Below, piece by piece: positions 26,341-39,369 of a DNA stretch of 64,000 nt (its first letter is position 1; every line of letters begins with the position of its first letter). The position numbers and the translations under genes are program-made. The DNA is from Hypanus sabinus (lineage: Eukaryota). The notes beneath the pieces were generated by a model. That model was not told where the DNA came from. It ran no database searches and saw only the letters and a list, made by a program, of their open reading frames with translations. The stretch is taken from positions 65,534,001-65,598,000 of the forward strand of contig NC_082717.1 of NCBI RefSeq assembly GCF_030144855.1, in the 5' to 3' direction.

Positions 26341-27766
26341 AACAAACCTTCAATGTCCTCTCTCCTACTGGACAGAAGAAACATAATTTATGTCACATCC
26401 TGGATTGCCTTGGTCTTGATGCTTCTGCTCCTCCCATGACTCTAAATCATACTTGTTTTGTCACTTTTCCCAGTTCTAATGAAAGATCATCAGCCTGAAA
26501 TACTAGTTTTGTTTCAATCTCCACAAATGCTGAATCCGCTGCTGAGTATTTCCAGCAGTTTTGTATGCCTACAATACATTCAGCTGTTCAGACTATGCTG
26601 ACTGTCTAGGTAGTAGAATCAGTTGTCCCACATTTTCCTGTCCTTATGCAACTTTATTCTCTCTCACACATGCCAATTATTTTCTCCTTGATTCTCTTAG
26701 TCATTCATCAACCCTGAGAGGTCATTTACAGCAACCCATTAACTTACCAATACATCTTTGGGCATGGAAGGAGCCCAGTACAGGTCATTAAGAGAACATG
26801 TAAACTCTGTACAAGCCACATTGGAGATGAACAACCTGGTACAATATAAGCTCTAATTTGATTCAATGAAAATCAAAGATGCTGGACATTTAAAACAAAA
26901 CTGAAAACTCTGGAAAAACAGCAAAGCTAGGCAGGATCTATGTCAACATTTCAGCCCTCTGACACTTAATCAGCAGTGTATCAAAAAATGGGAAAATATA
27001 AATGAGAAAAAATAACATTTAACCTCTTCTTATCTCTGCAACTTCTGTTGAAATTGGCTCTCAATGGCACTTGGTTGTAAAGGGCATAGGTTAACCAGAA
27101 ATTTCTCTTGGATATCTCACTTACATGTGGACATCAGTGGGAGTAGGATTAAGCATTGTAATATTTCCATCTCGATAGCCAGATAATTTTCAACATTTGC
27201 TACCAAAGGTCCACGTGAATTTTGGCTACGTTTGTATAGTATCTACAGAGCTATAATGACATCGTACATGTGGAAGGGAAGAACATCACTGAAGATGGAA
27301 AAAAGAACAAAAGTGAAGTATCTCGAAAGCTGATGAGTTTGGGAAACTTTATTCCTAAATAGAAATAAAATTCAGGCACTAGCTGTAGGTGTAAGATGGG
27401 CTGGAATATATAATATGGTGATTGAGAACTAACCCAGTCAGAGTAAGCCACTGAAATATCTATATTCATGAACTTCCTTTTTTGCTGTATCTAAGAACAT
27501 GGAGGAAATGTAAGTGGCAAGAAATGAAGGTAAAGCAATGCAAATCAAGTGAAATACAAGCAATGTAGATGTCACAGAAGTCAAACTATTATTCATACCC
27601 ACAATATTTAAGATATCTTGGTAATTGACAAATACTCGTAAGAGAGCAGGAATTTTATTTTAATAGTTGCTGAAGTTAACTATTAAAATAAAATACCTGC
27701 TCTCTTTTAATTTACTTCCAGTTCTGGGTTGAAGCCTTTGATATAACTCTGCTTTCTGTTTTTCAG

Positions 27767-27866
27767 GGAACAATAAAGAGAAGGAGGAAGCAATGATGCA
27801 AGAGTGGTTCGTGTTGGTGAACAAGAAGAATGCCCTGATAAGACGTCAAAATCAACTTTCACTTCT
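27767..27866 (+). CDS. EHBP1: EHBP1 coding exon (fourth from last), bMERB domain
   Basis: Acceptor ttctgtttttcag| and donor |gtaagt. Encodes (G)[32 protein letters not shown](L), matching vertebrate EHBP1 ...[28 protein letters not shown]. 100 nt, phase 1 to phase 2. Confidence 0.96.
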
Positions 27867-29329
27867 GTAAGTGCATTGAAGATTTGACAAATATTATTTA
27901 CATTGTCAGATTTTATTGTCCACTTTTCACTTTTATAGTAATAGTTACCTGAGAATTCTGAAATTCAAAATAACATTTTGGCATAACTCAGTAATGTAGT
28001 TATGCATTACCACATAAATGTATATATGTATAATTAATTCCTGATAGATCAGTAAGTTTATAATGCATTAAATTTTCCACCAATATTTGATTTCTCTATT
28101 TAAAGAGAATGAGAAAATAGTTAATAGAATAAATATGTTGGTCTATGGTTATGGATTTGTATTTCCACGAGAGTACATCAAGGGAGTATAAACAGTTACT
28201 TGGATTTCTCCTCATGCGCCAAGTTAAATATCCTAAAATTTCTTCAGTACGTTGATAAAGAAGAGTCATATAGCAGGAATTAAGGGAGAAAGGGGAACCT
28301 GGTAGCATTCAGAAGTGTCAATATTACTGAGGAATATAACTTGGGACAGAAATGAGGAAAAGACTTCCTAGGGTAGGGGGAGGGGTAGAGGTACATAAAT
28401 TATGAGGAATTGAACAGCTGGAGCTTAACAAGTAGAAGACCAAGTATTTAAAGAGCAGAATATTTTCAATAGCTTGTGGTAATTGGAGGCTTCTGCTCTT
28501 TTTAACTATAAACTGTGTTATATAACACCACCCCTTTGGCTCATCTAGACCAATCCACAATAATCATGAGAAGCTAGCAAAACTTAACAAGTTAGAGTCC
28601 ATCTGACCAGCAGCCTCTGCTATTTCTCTCCTTTGCCTTCACATTCCAGCCCTTCTAATAACTTGTTTTTTCTCTTGTATCTTCTTTCTCCTCCGAAGTC
28701 TCTCCAGCATTGATCCAGTTGGTGGGATATCAATCCCCTTGTCCTATCTATTCCAGTTGCAGTCAGCAGATCAGAAGGCTTCTCTTCGTAACTGTTGTTA
28801 TCTTTTGGTATCCTTAAAGTTTTTAACACCCTCCCCACCTCTTAATTCTCATCTACAGCAACATCATCTGAAAGCTGTGTGTCATGTTCTTTGTCGATCT
28901 GACAGCCAGCTTTATCTCACTATCAATTCTCTGGACTCCTCCAGTGTCTCTAAGTCATCCCATTGCTTATTTAAGTTTCATAAATAAACTAGCAGATTTT
29001 TTCCAACTGAGTATTGAGAAGATTAAAGTCATTATTCTCAACCAAAGGTACAAACCCTAGCTATTGCAGATTTCCTTTTCCTGGCAGCGCTCCAAGGTAG
29101 TTTTGAGTTGACCCCTTAAGCCATATATTCATTCAGCTACACTGACTGCCAACATTTGACTCAGTAGGATAACTAATAGGCAGGGAAAGAAGATGAAGAG
29201 GCAACTGATTGGATGTTTTCAGCTCCAGTGCTTTACTCCTGTAACTTCTTTCTCTAACTTCTCATAGACCTCCCACATCCTATGCATTGTAATCTAGAAG
29301 TCATCTGAACCTGCTGCCTCTGACTTAAT

Positions 29330-29790
29330 TGGTATCAGGTTCTGTTAACCTCTTATTTGTGCTTTCTGGCCTACATTGGCTTCCAGTTGACTTTGGCCTT
29401 GATTTTAAAATTCTCATCCTCGTTTTCAAAATCTCTTATTAGCTTCACTCACTTCTTATCTCTGTAATCCCCTCCAGCCCGACAACCCTTCAGTTCTGGC
29501 CTCTAGTGCGTGCCAAGTTTTAATCACTCAGCATTGACAGCCATGCTATCATCTGCTAACCTGTATGTTTGAAATTCTCTCCCTGTGTCTCTTCACTTGT
29601 CCACCTGTCTTTTCTTCTGTAAGGCTCTCCATAAAGCTTGTTTGTTCAACCAAACTTTTGTTCACCTCTGCTTGTCTCTCCGTGTATCACTCAGTGCAAA
29701 TTTTGTTCAATAAATCACTTATTCTGTACCCTGGAGCATTTTACCCTGGACTGTTTTCAACTGTTTTAAGTGTGTTGTTATTTGTGTATG
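29330..29790 (+). mobile_element. L2-clade LINE 3' remnant
   Basis: ctacattggcttccagtt (LHWLPV) followed by tttaaaattctcatcctcgttttcaaa (FKILILVFK), a characteristic L2 ORF2 C-terminal motif. Confidence 0.75.
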
Positions 29791-29859
29791 ACAAGGGAAA
29801 ATTGCTGAGGGAAGCTACATCTCATTCATGATTCTCTATTTGACAGACAGACTGGTAAA

Positions 29860-30400
29860 AGAATCACAGGTTCCATGCCCATACCATGTCTGTGCTAGCC
29901 ATCAAGTACCTGTCCATACTAATCCAATTTTCCAGCATTCAGTTCATAGCCTCCCTATACCAAGTTGCTTCAAGTGCTCATCTAAATACTACATAAATGT
30001 TATGAGAGTACTTGCCTCCACCGACCTGTAAGAGAGTACATTTCAGATTTCAACTATCCCCGAGTAAAAAATGACTATATCAAATATCCTCTAAATTTCC
30101 CTATCCCTTATCGTAAAGCTGTAGGCACCTCTACTAAGGGGAAAAATTGTATTAATAACCTTATCTACTCCCATCATAATTTTGTATACCTTAGTCAGGT
30201 TCCCCCTCAGTCTTCTGTGCTTCAGGGAAAACAAATCCAGCCCATCCAATCTGTCATCAAAGCTGAAACACTCTATTCCAGGAAACATCCTGGTGAATCA
30301 CCTTTGTATTTTCTCCAGTGCAATTGCTTCATTCCAATAGTGTAGCAACCAGAACTGCACACGGTCAGTAGCCTGAATAATGTTTTATTTAGTTGTACCC
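29860..30400 (-). mobile_element. CR1 LINE 3' fragment
   Basis: Minus ORF FSFDDRLDGLDLFSLKHRRLRGNLTKVYKIMMGVDKV is CR1 ORF2 C-terminus. Confidence 0.85.
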
Positions 30401-30726
30401 TAACACCTGCTTGGAAGGCTAGCCAATGATGGAGACAGAATAAACTGAGGATTATCAGCAGGCATGTGAAACCGTGCTGAGTCAAAGCTGGATAACATTA
30501 AGCTGCGTTGACTCCATTTCATAATATGAATGATTATCAATTCTAAATGATGTATTCAAGTATTTTGGTGACAGTAGAGCTGGTTCTCTATTTCACTCTC
30601 CCCTCTTTCCTTCCACAGCAAAAATAAATTTGATCCTTTCAATATGCTGGGACTGTTCCAGAAATGAGGGAGATTGCACATTTTTAGAATAGCTTTAAAA
30701 GATTTTACCATCTATTTTACCGTTCT

Positions 30727-31900
30727 TCAGAATCAGAATCAAATTTATTATCACTAACGTAAGTCGTGAAGTTTATTGTTTAGTTGCAGCAGTGGAGGCA
30801 TAACAAATTACCATTTTTAAAAAATGGATCAATTGTCAAAAACTACAATTCAATTGTAAACAAGCTGGGAGAACAGAAAATTGATTGGATAAGGACTAAC
30901 CAATCAGGAGGGAAAAATCAATACCTGTACCCGCTGGAAGCCCTAGAAGAGCTTATTCGAAATTACCATATGTTAAAATAAAAAAATATATATCACAAAA
31001 GAAGAATAGCAAGGTAGAACTCATGAGTTCATGGACCATTCATAAATCTGATGGCAGCTGTTGAGTCTGGATCTTCAGGTTCCTATATCTCCTGAATGGT
31101 AAAGGTTCTTAATGATGGATGTCACTCTCTTGAGCCTTTTGAAGATGTCCTCAATGGTTGGGAGGCTTGTGCCTGTGATGGAACAGGCCTCTTACAATCC
31201 TGTGCATACCAGACAATGATGCAGCCAGTCAGAATGCTCCCCAACATATATCTGTAGAAATTTGTGCGATTGCTTGGTGACATACCAGATCTCCTCATAC
31301 TCCTAAAGAAGCATAGCTGTTGGCATTCCTTCATCATGATTGCATCAATACGGTGTGCTCAGGATAGACCATCTGAGATGTTGATGTTGAAATAGCTCAT
31401 CTTCTCCAACTCTGACACCACGGCCCCCCCCCCCCCAATTACAATTGGTGTATGTTCACCTGACTTCAATTTTCTGAAGTCCACGGTCAATTCCTTGGTT
31501 TTACTGATGTTGTTTTGACACCACTTGACCAGCCTATCTGTTTCACCACATTGTCACCATCTGAAATTCTGCCAACAAAAGCAGTGTCATTGGCAAATTT
31601 ATAGATGGCACTTGAGCTGTACATAGCCATACAGTCATAAGCACAGAAAGAGTAGAGCAGCAGGCAAAGCACATATCTTTAAGGTGCACCTGTGTTGATT
31701 GTCAGTGGGGAGGAGATGTTATTTCTGATCTGCATTGATGTTATCTCCCTTTGAGGAAGTCAAGGATCCAATTGCAGAAGGAGGTACGGAGGCCCAGATT
31801 ACTGATGGATGTTGAGGGATGGTGATGTTGAATACTGAGTTGTAAATTGATAAATAGCAGCCTGACACAAGTATTGCTGTTGTCAACATGGTCCAGTGTA
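30727..31900 (-). mobile_element. Degenerate Rex1/Babar-like LINE
   Basis: Minus ORFs LLYSFCAYDCMAMYSSSAIYKFANDTAFVGRI and NFYRYMLGSILTGCIIVWY. Tail tcagaatcagaatca at the left end. Confidence 0.85.
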
Positions 31901-34180
31901 GACCACCGTAGACCTATAGACCATTCTCAGTCATTTGCTCTCATAATATATATTCTTTTCGTAATCTTAAAAATATTTTTTGATACTTCCTAGTCTTATC
32001 CCATTCTCAGTCTTAACATTACTTTCAATGTAACAGTTTCCTCCTGCAGCAAGAAAGGAACAGATCAATCTTCATTTTGTGTATTTTTGGTATATTTTCT
32101 TAAATTCTTATTGTTGTTAATCAATTGGTAAACCTTTAACTCTGATTATCCATTGTACCTCAATCAATGTTACTTTACTTTGTAAAGTTTATTTAAGTTC
32201 CAAATTCCAGTTTCTGATTGATCTTTAGAAGTACATGCAACGTCTATCACTTTTCCTCAGACAATCCTAAACAGTGATTTGCAAATTAAATCTGTATCTC
32301 ATTGCATAGGATAAGGACAACTTGGTCCCTAACTGGTTTCATGAAATCAGACCCAAACCTATTCCATTCTTCCACACCACTTTCACAACTTGATTTACCC
32401 AGTCTATAGGAATATTAAGGTACCTAATGATTATTATATTATCTTTCCCATCTTTTTATGTGTTTGTCTGTTCTCTCTTGAACTGTGATTTTTTTTTTCA
32501 GAATGCCTATAAACCACTCATACCAATGCTTTTGTCCCTAATGTCCATATACTTCCAATTCTTCTGGATGGAAATCATTCTCACTGCTGTCCTTACATTG
32601 CATTCTGTGTCACTAGGGCTATTCTCTTCCTTACCCCTAAAACAATTTGTCTGTGCTAAATGTTCATTACTTTTTCATGATTCAATTCCAAATTAGATGG
32701 TGAATTTGGAAAGTGCAGTTATGTTGTTGCAATGTGCTGGTGGTTGAAAGGAAAAATAGTGGAAAATGGATTTAAAGCCATCTTTTTGATCAAATCTTTG
32801 TCCAACCTCGTAACTGTTCTGTCTTCTTTTGGCATTGTTTCATTGTTTTTCTTTGTGAAATATCTTATATGAAGTGTATTATATGTTGTTCTTTCAAATT
32901 CAGACAGCTGAAAGGCCAATCGTTGTGCAGTTTACCCATCAAAATTTACAAGCATGACCTATTGTTAAAATTATATAGTGGGGGGAAGAGTGTGGAATTA
33001 ATTTCATGGTATCATTGCAGGTATATTTAATGACTTTTAAGCCATCTAAACAGGACTACTTTTATTAATCTAATATCATTTAAAGCATATAAGAAAAATG
33101 AAACATGCAGTTTACTCTGCATATTTGTAAAATATCACCATCGGTAAACCATAGAACTCAGTTTCAAAATAACATAATTTTGTTAAATTACATGAAGGCT
33201 TAAAAGAGATGAATGAAAATTAACTTTGACTAAAAAATAATTCTTTGCCGTAGGGCCTCAGAATAGAAGCACCCAATATTATGCAACTGTACATTTGTGA
33301 AAATCTATATTTAATTTCATGTCTTTTATAGTCCAGGATTTAGATTTATGAAATTCATGTTGTAATTATTGAATAACAAATATATTACAACATACCAGAG
33401 TTGATTAGTGTATCACTGTTGGGATGTAATTAGGACCAGTGCAAGCTGGCATTGATGCTGGGAAGATTCTGCCTATACAGCTCTGATATTTCATTATTCT
33501 TCTAAGTAGTTGGAAAGTCAAGTCTGCAGGTCTTCATTCACTTTGGATTGCCCCTAGTAAAGATTCAGCCCTTCACATATTTGTAAAGTGAAAAGAATAT
33601 AATGATACTTTGAGCTTCCTGGGGGATCTTCGACGTTCTTGCAGGTTTTTCCTTTATTGGAAATTGGTGCTATGTTTAATGCTTTTCCCTTTTTGCTTTA
33701 ATTTGGTGTTTTGTAAGTGTGATGGAAATATCGTCATTGTGCAGATTACCCTTATTTTCCCCATCATGAACTGGTCACTAAAACTATTGCTATTGTGGAC
33801 AGATATATCTATATTAAGTAAGTAGGTGAAGGTACAAATATGGCTTTCTGCTATGTTGTAAAGAATAATGGAAAAAGAAGTTCTTTCCTTGCTGTTCTTC
33901 ATCACTTCAAAGTGATGAAGTCTTCCTTAAAGAATTGCTGGTGGTGCCATTAGCTACTGCACACAGTATATTCCCATCTTCTTCAAATATTTACATTTTG
34001 CTCTCAAATTGAGAATGCTGTCATACTCAAGAAACAAAATTAAAATTGTCTGTAATAATCAGAAATTTACAACCCAAGCCTTGCCATGTCATAATCCCTA
34101 CTGCCTGATACTCTTAGGTTTCTCTATTTTACCCCCCCCAGTTTCAAAATGGGAGCCTGGTGTGTTTCTAACATCCATAA

Positions 34181-35311
34181 TCAGAATCAGGTTTTTTATC
34201 ACTGGCATGTGATGTGACATTTGTTAACTTAGCAGTAGCAGTTCAATGCAATACATAATCTAGCAGAGGGAAAAAAATAATAGTAATAGTAAATAAAATT
34301 AAATAGGATAATAAATAAGTAAATCAATTATGGTATATGTATATTGAATAGATTTTTTTAATGTGCAAAAACAGAAATACTGTATATTAAAAGAAAAAGG
34401 AGGTAGTATCCAAGGATTCAATGTCCATTTAGGAATTGGATGGCAGAGGGGAAGAAGCTGTTCCTGAATCGCTGAGTGTGTTCCTTCGGGTTTCTGTACC
34501 TCCTACCTAATGGTAACAGTGAGAAAAGGGCATGTCCTGGTTTCTGGAGGTCCTTAAAAATGGATGCTGCCTTTCTGAGACGCCGCTCCCTGAAGATGTC
34601 CTGGGTACTTTGTAGGCTCATACCCAAGATGGAGCTGACTAGATTTACAACCTTCTGCAGCTTCTTTCAGTCCCGTGCAGTAGCCCTTCCATACCAGACA
34701 GTGATGCAACCTATCAGAATGCTGTCCACGGTACAACTATAGAAGTTTTTCAGTGTGTTTGTTGACGTGCCAAATCTCTTCAAACTCCTAATGAAGTATA
34801 GCCATTGTCTTGCCTTCTTTATAACTACATCAATATGCTGGGACCAGGTTAGATCCTCAGAGATCTTTACACCCAGGAGCTTGAAACTGCTCACTCTCTT
34901 CTTCTAATCCCTGTATGAGGATTGGTATGTGTTCCTCTTACCCCTCCTGAAGTGCACAATCAGCACTTTCGTCTAACTCACGTTGTGTGCCAGGTTGTTG
35001 CTGTGGCACCACTCCACTAGTTGGCATATCTCACTCCTGTACACCCTCCCATCACCACCTGATTTTCTACCAACAATGGTTGTATTGTCAGCAAATTTAT
35101 AGATGGTATTTGAGCTATGCCTAGCCACACAGTCATGTGTATATAGAGAGTAGAGCAGTGGGCAAAGCACACACCCCTGAGGTGCGCCAGTGTTGGTCAG
35201 CAGCGAGGAGGATATGTTATCACCAATCCGCACAGATTGTGGTTTTCTGGTTAGGAAGTCAAGGATCCAATTGCAGAGGGAGGTACAGAGGCCCAGGTTC
35301 TGCAACTTTAT
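34181..35311 (-). mobile_element. Rex1/Babar-like LINE, 5'-truncated, least diverged copy in the window
   Basis: [21 protein letters not shown]...[12 protein letters not shown] (RT), FKLLGVKISEDLTWSQH and LLPLGRRYR...RFRNSFFPSAI. Tail (CTGATT)n. Direct repeat TCCATAA at 34174-34180 and 35312-35318 is a candidate TSD. Confidence 0.92.
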
Positions 35312-35618
35312 TCCATAACCTTATATAATTTATAGTCAAGAAAAATGTTAAATCACATGATGTCATCTTTCTGTTTAGTTGAATATAATCTCCACCAAGA
35401 CAAATGATTTCATGTTGAATGTTGTTTAACATACTATTTTAAAAATTTACCATAATTAACACTATCAATGAAGGTTTTGTGTATCATTCATTTGGAGTAG
35501 ATTAAAGGTTTGAGAGAAGACAATGGTCAGTTGTGCTAATCAATATATCTTAAAGATTGCTTTGAGTCAGTAATGATTTGTTAATTGTTGTATTGATGAA
35601 CTTTTTTGACTTGCCTAG

Positions 35619-35692
35619 GGAAAAAGAGCATGATCTTGAGAGACGCTTTGAGCTGCTAAATAGAGAACTACGAGCTATGCTTGCAATAGAAG
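35619..35692 (+). CDS. EHBP1: EHBP1 coding exon (third from last), bMERB domain
   Basis: Acceptor ttgacttgcctag| and donor |gtaagt. Encodes (L)EKEHDLERRFELLNRELRAMLAIE(D). 74 nt, phases compatible with both neighbours. Confidence 0.97.
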
Positions 35693-37389
35693 GTAAGTAA
35701 TAAGTAGTTACTTATTCTTTCTAAGATTATTAAAATTATATCTTTCCCAAATCAACATCACCTACATAATTTGTACAAACTCATTGTTCAAAAATTTTCC
35801 AGAGCTGAATGCTCAAAAATGTTCATCAACCCATGATCAAAAAAAAAATTCAAGTTCTATGTTTAGAAATGAAAACCATTACAACATATATTTGGAAATC
35901 ATAAAAGCAAACTTTGTTTTAGTTACTTTTACTTTATAACTGCTTAAGATTATCCATAACATGAGAATGAAAAATGTATCTGAAAATCTTGGAAATTCTA
36001 CTTTTCCTCAACCAAATGGCATCTGGTAGTAACTGACATTGCAAAGTAAAACAAATCGCAATCAATGCAGATTGATTTTGCTGTTACATATTGACCTTGT
36101 TAGCCTTTGACGGGGCACAGTTATGTCTTTCTTCACCTGATAAGATACCTGAGCCATTACAAATCAATTCTAATTTATTTCATGGATTCTGCCACTGGCA
36201 TATATTTAGACTGGAATTAAACTGTGGTTGGGTCATTTGGGTTTCATTGTTCACATTGCTAACTAATTCAGGTTAATTCATGCAGAACATTATTTTTTGT
36301 CAATCCAGATGGAAGGATTCTTTTTAGACCTGCTTTTGGGGGGGAATGAAACATAAATTGTGAACAACACATTTTCCCAAATATACGTAATCTTAAACTG
36401 GTTTGAATTTGCTATCTTTTGCCTGTCAAATAAATAACACTTATATCCTGTTGGTCACTGTCTAATTTGAAGTATATTGCTTCTGAGAAATGCAAGAAAT
36501 AACAGAGCATTTACAAGTGATTGTAAATTGTAATTCTCTGTGACTCTATTGGAGGGCTATGTTCTGTGTGTAGGTCAATAGGACAAGGCAGAATAATAGT
36601 TCGGCATGTATTGGATGAGCCAAAGTGCTTGTTTCTGTGCTGTAATACTCAATGATTTTAAAATTAGGACAGTTCCAGAGTCAAAGGAAAGGAGTACAAA
36701 ATTCTCAAAATACATTCAAGAGGGCTTTTTAAAAAATCCATGCATAGCAAGCTCACCTAGAAAAATGCTGTACTAGACTTAATTTAATTTAATTTTGGGT
36801 AATGAAGCTGGGCAAGGGACAAGGGTAGAAGTGGGACAATATGTTGGAGGCAGTCTTATCACTCAGTTATATGAGTTGGTGAAAACATGGTTGGTGAAAA
36901 GGAAATAAACAGACAAGGAGCTAAAGGTATAAAATAAAATTCAGAAATAATTAGCAGGTTGCACAAGTTCTATGAAGATTGGAATAGTATTAATATTTTA
37001 CATCAGTGACCTTTCATCAGTTAATTCCATTTCACAACATGTTGATGCTGCCTAAACTGCTGAGTACTTATAACATTTTCTGTTTTTATGTCAAATTCCC
37101 AACATTTGCTGTTCCTTAATTTTGAGTAAAATATTTAAATTGGGGCAATACCAAATTTACGAGGTTGAGATAAGATTAACAGAAGAGAGGTTAAGCAGTG
37201 TCCAACCAGCAGGGGGCATTTAAGAAAGATTGGGAAAGTTTAGATATATACTCATATATCAGGGTGTCTGTGAGGAGGGGTGCGGGTAGGTGGTGGAGGA
37301 GTGGGCTCAGTCTCAGGCTCCCAGTTCTAGGTCCCCTCAAGGATCACAGAGAACAAAGCAAAAAAAAAAAGAAGCTTATGACGAGTCAT

Positions 37390-39220
37390 GAACACAAGAA
37401 ATTCCGCAGATGCTGGAAATCTAAAGTAACACCCACGAAAAGCTGCAGGACCTCAGCAGGTCAGGCAGCATCTATGGAAATGAATGAACAATCTACATTT
37501 CTTGCCGAGACCCTTCTTCAGGACTGGAAAGGAAGGGGGAAGATGCCAGACGCCAAAAGAAGAAGGTGCGGAGGGAAGGGGGGGGAAGGAGGATTAACTA
37601 GGTGAAGTTCATAGATGACACCACTGTCATAGGCAGAATCAAAGGTGGTGATGAATCAACATATAGGAGGGAGACTGAAAATTTGGCTGTGGTGCTGTAA
37701 CTGACTTCAGGAGAAGGAAACCAGAGGTCCATGGGCAAGTCTTCATCAGAGGTGGAGTGAGTCAGCCACTTTAAACTCCTTTGTGTTATTATTTCAGAGG
37801 ACCTGTCTTAGGCCCAGCAAATAAGTGCAGTTGAGAAGAAAGCACAGTTGTGCTTCTACTTCCGTAGGAGTTTGCAAAAATTCAGCATGGATCTAAAACT
37901 TTGACAAACTTCTATAATTGTGTAGTGGGGAGTATATTGACTGGCTGCATCCCAACCTGGTATAGAAATACCAATGCCCTTAAACAGAATTCCTACATGA
38001 AGTGGCGAATACAGCCCAGTCCATCACGGGTAAAGCCCTACCCACCATTGAGCACATCTACACACAATGCTGTTGCAGAAAAGCAGCACCCATCATCAGG
38101 GACCCCCACCACCCAGGACATGCTCTCTTCTCACTGCTACCATCAGGATGAAGATACATGAACCTCAGGACTCACCACCAGGTTCAGGAACAGTTATAAC
38201 CTCTCAACCATCAGGCTCTTAAATCAAAAGGGATAACTTTACTCAACTTCATTTGCCCCACATGGAAATGTTCTCAAAACCAATAGATTCACTTTTAAGG
38301 CCCCTTTACGTTCTCAATATTTATTGCTTGCTTGCTTATTTCTTTCTTTCTATATTTGCACAGTTTATTTCCTTTGCATGCTGGTTGAACACCCAAGTTG
38401 GTGCAGTCTTTCACTGATTCTGTCATGGTTATTATTCTATAGATTTATTAAGTATACCCACAAGACAGTGGATCTCAGAGTTGTATATGGTGACATTTAT
38501 GTACTTCGATAATTACTTTACTTTGAACTTTGAAGTCAGGTGGGTAGGAAAGGTAAAGGGGTGGAGAATGAGGAATATGATGGGTGAGGAGAGTGGACCA
38601 TGGGAAACGGGAAGAAAGAGAGGCACGAGGACCAGGTGATAGGCAGGTGAGGATTAGACATAAGAGGTCAGTGTGGGGAATAGAAGAAGAGGGAAAGGGT
38701 GGGAAAATATTATTGGAAGGAGAAATTGATATTCATGCTGTCAATTGGAGGCTACCTAGATGTTTCAGTCAATAAGTGGTTAGGATCTGGAACTGACTGA
38801 CTGGCTTCATTATGACAAAAGAGACTATAGACCAGCATGTCAGAACAGGAATGTGGATGGGAATTAAAATATTGGACACTAGGAAATTCCACTTTTGTTG
38901 GTTGGAACAGAAGTGCTCGACAAAGCCATCCCCTAATTTACATCAAGCTCACCAATGTGGAGGAAGCCCTGTTGGGAGTACCAGATATAGTAGATGACCC
39001 CAATAGATTCACAGGTGAAGTGTGAAGGGAGACTTTCAGTGGAAGGGAGGAGGTGAATGGACAGGTGTAGCATTTCTGATGCTTGCAGGGACATGTGCCA
39101 GTTGGGAGAATAGTGAGGAGAGACAAATGAATAAGGGAATCACAGAATGAAAGATCCCTGCAGAAAGTGGAGAGTGGGGTGGGGGGGTGGGTAAAGTTGT
39201 GTTGGTGGTAGGATCCTGTT
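37390..39220 (-). mobile_element. Penelope-like element (second copy), split by a nested LINE
   Basis: Terminus agatgctggaaatc...cagcaggtcaggcagcatctatgg matches 1777-1850. Minus ORF PTGTCPCKHQKCYTCPFTSS. 38537-39100 is colinear with about 2030-2620. Confidence 0.85.
37603..38536 (+). mobile_element. Rex1/Babar-like LINE nested in the Penelope copy
   Basis: KFIDDTTVIGRI at the start, ORF NFYNCVVGSILTGCIPTWY, tail ctttgaactttgaa. TGAAGT repeated at 37603-37608 and 38531-38536. Confidence 0.88.
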
Positions 39221-39369
39221 ATGAGAAGTGCTAAGGTTTCAGGAAGTGGAGAGGTGAAATTTTAAAAAGTGAAGAAAGTGGAGAATTTGCGTGAAAAAAA
39301 ATCAGTAAACCTTTGCATCAGGGAGCATGAATGTAAAATATTTTAAACAGTGAAGTAAGAGGACATATT

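Noticed and set aside
27330-27348. CTGATGAGTTTGGGAAAC hammerhead-like core
   Set aside because: No stem II closing pair, no flanking stems and not in the Penelope terminal context. Probably chance.
27250-27363. Protein-looking frame SYNDIVHVEGKNITEDGKKNKSEVSRK after ctacag, as a possible extra EHBP1 exon
   Set aside because: Weak polypyrimidine tract, no convincing donor, stop at the end, and no resemblance to the EHBP1 sequence expected upstream (...DTSQYVVGELAALE...).
37198-37605. 135-aa ORF
   Set aside because: Runs through a poly-A tract and the antisense strand of a Penelope terminus; low complexity.
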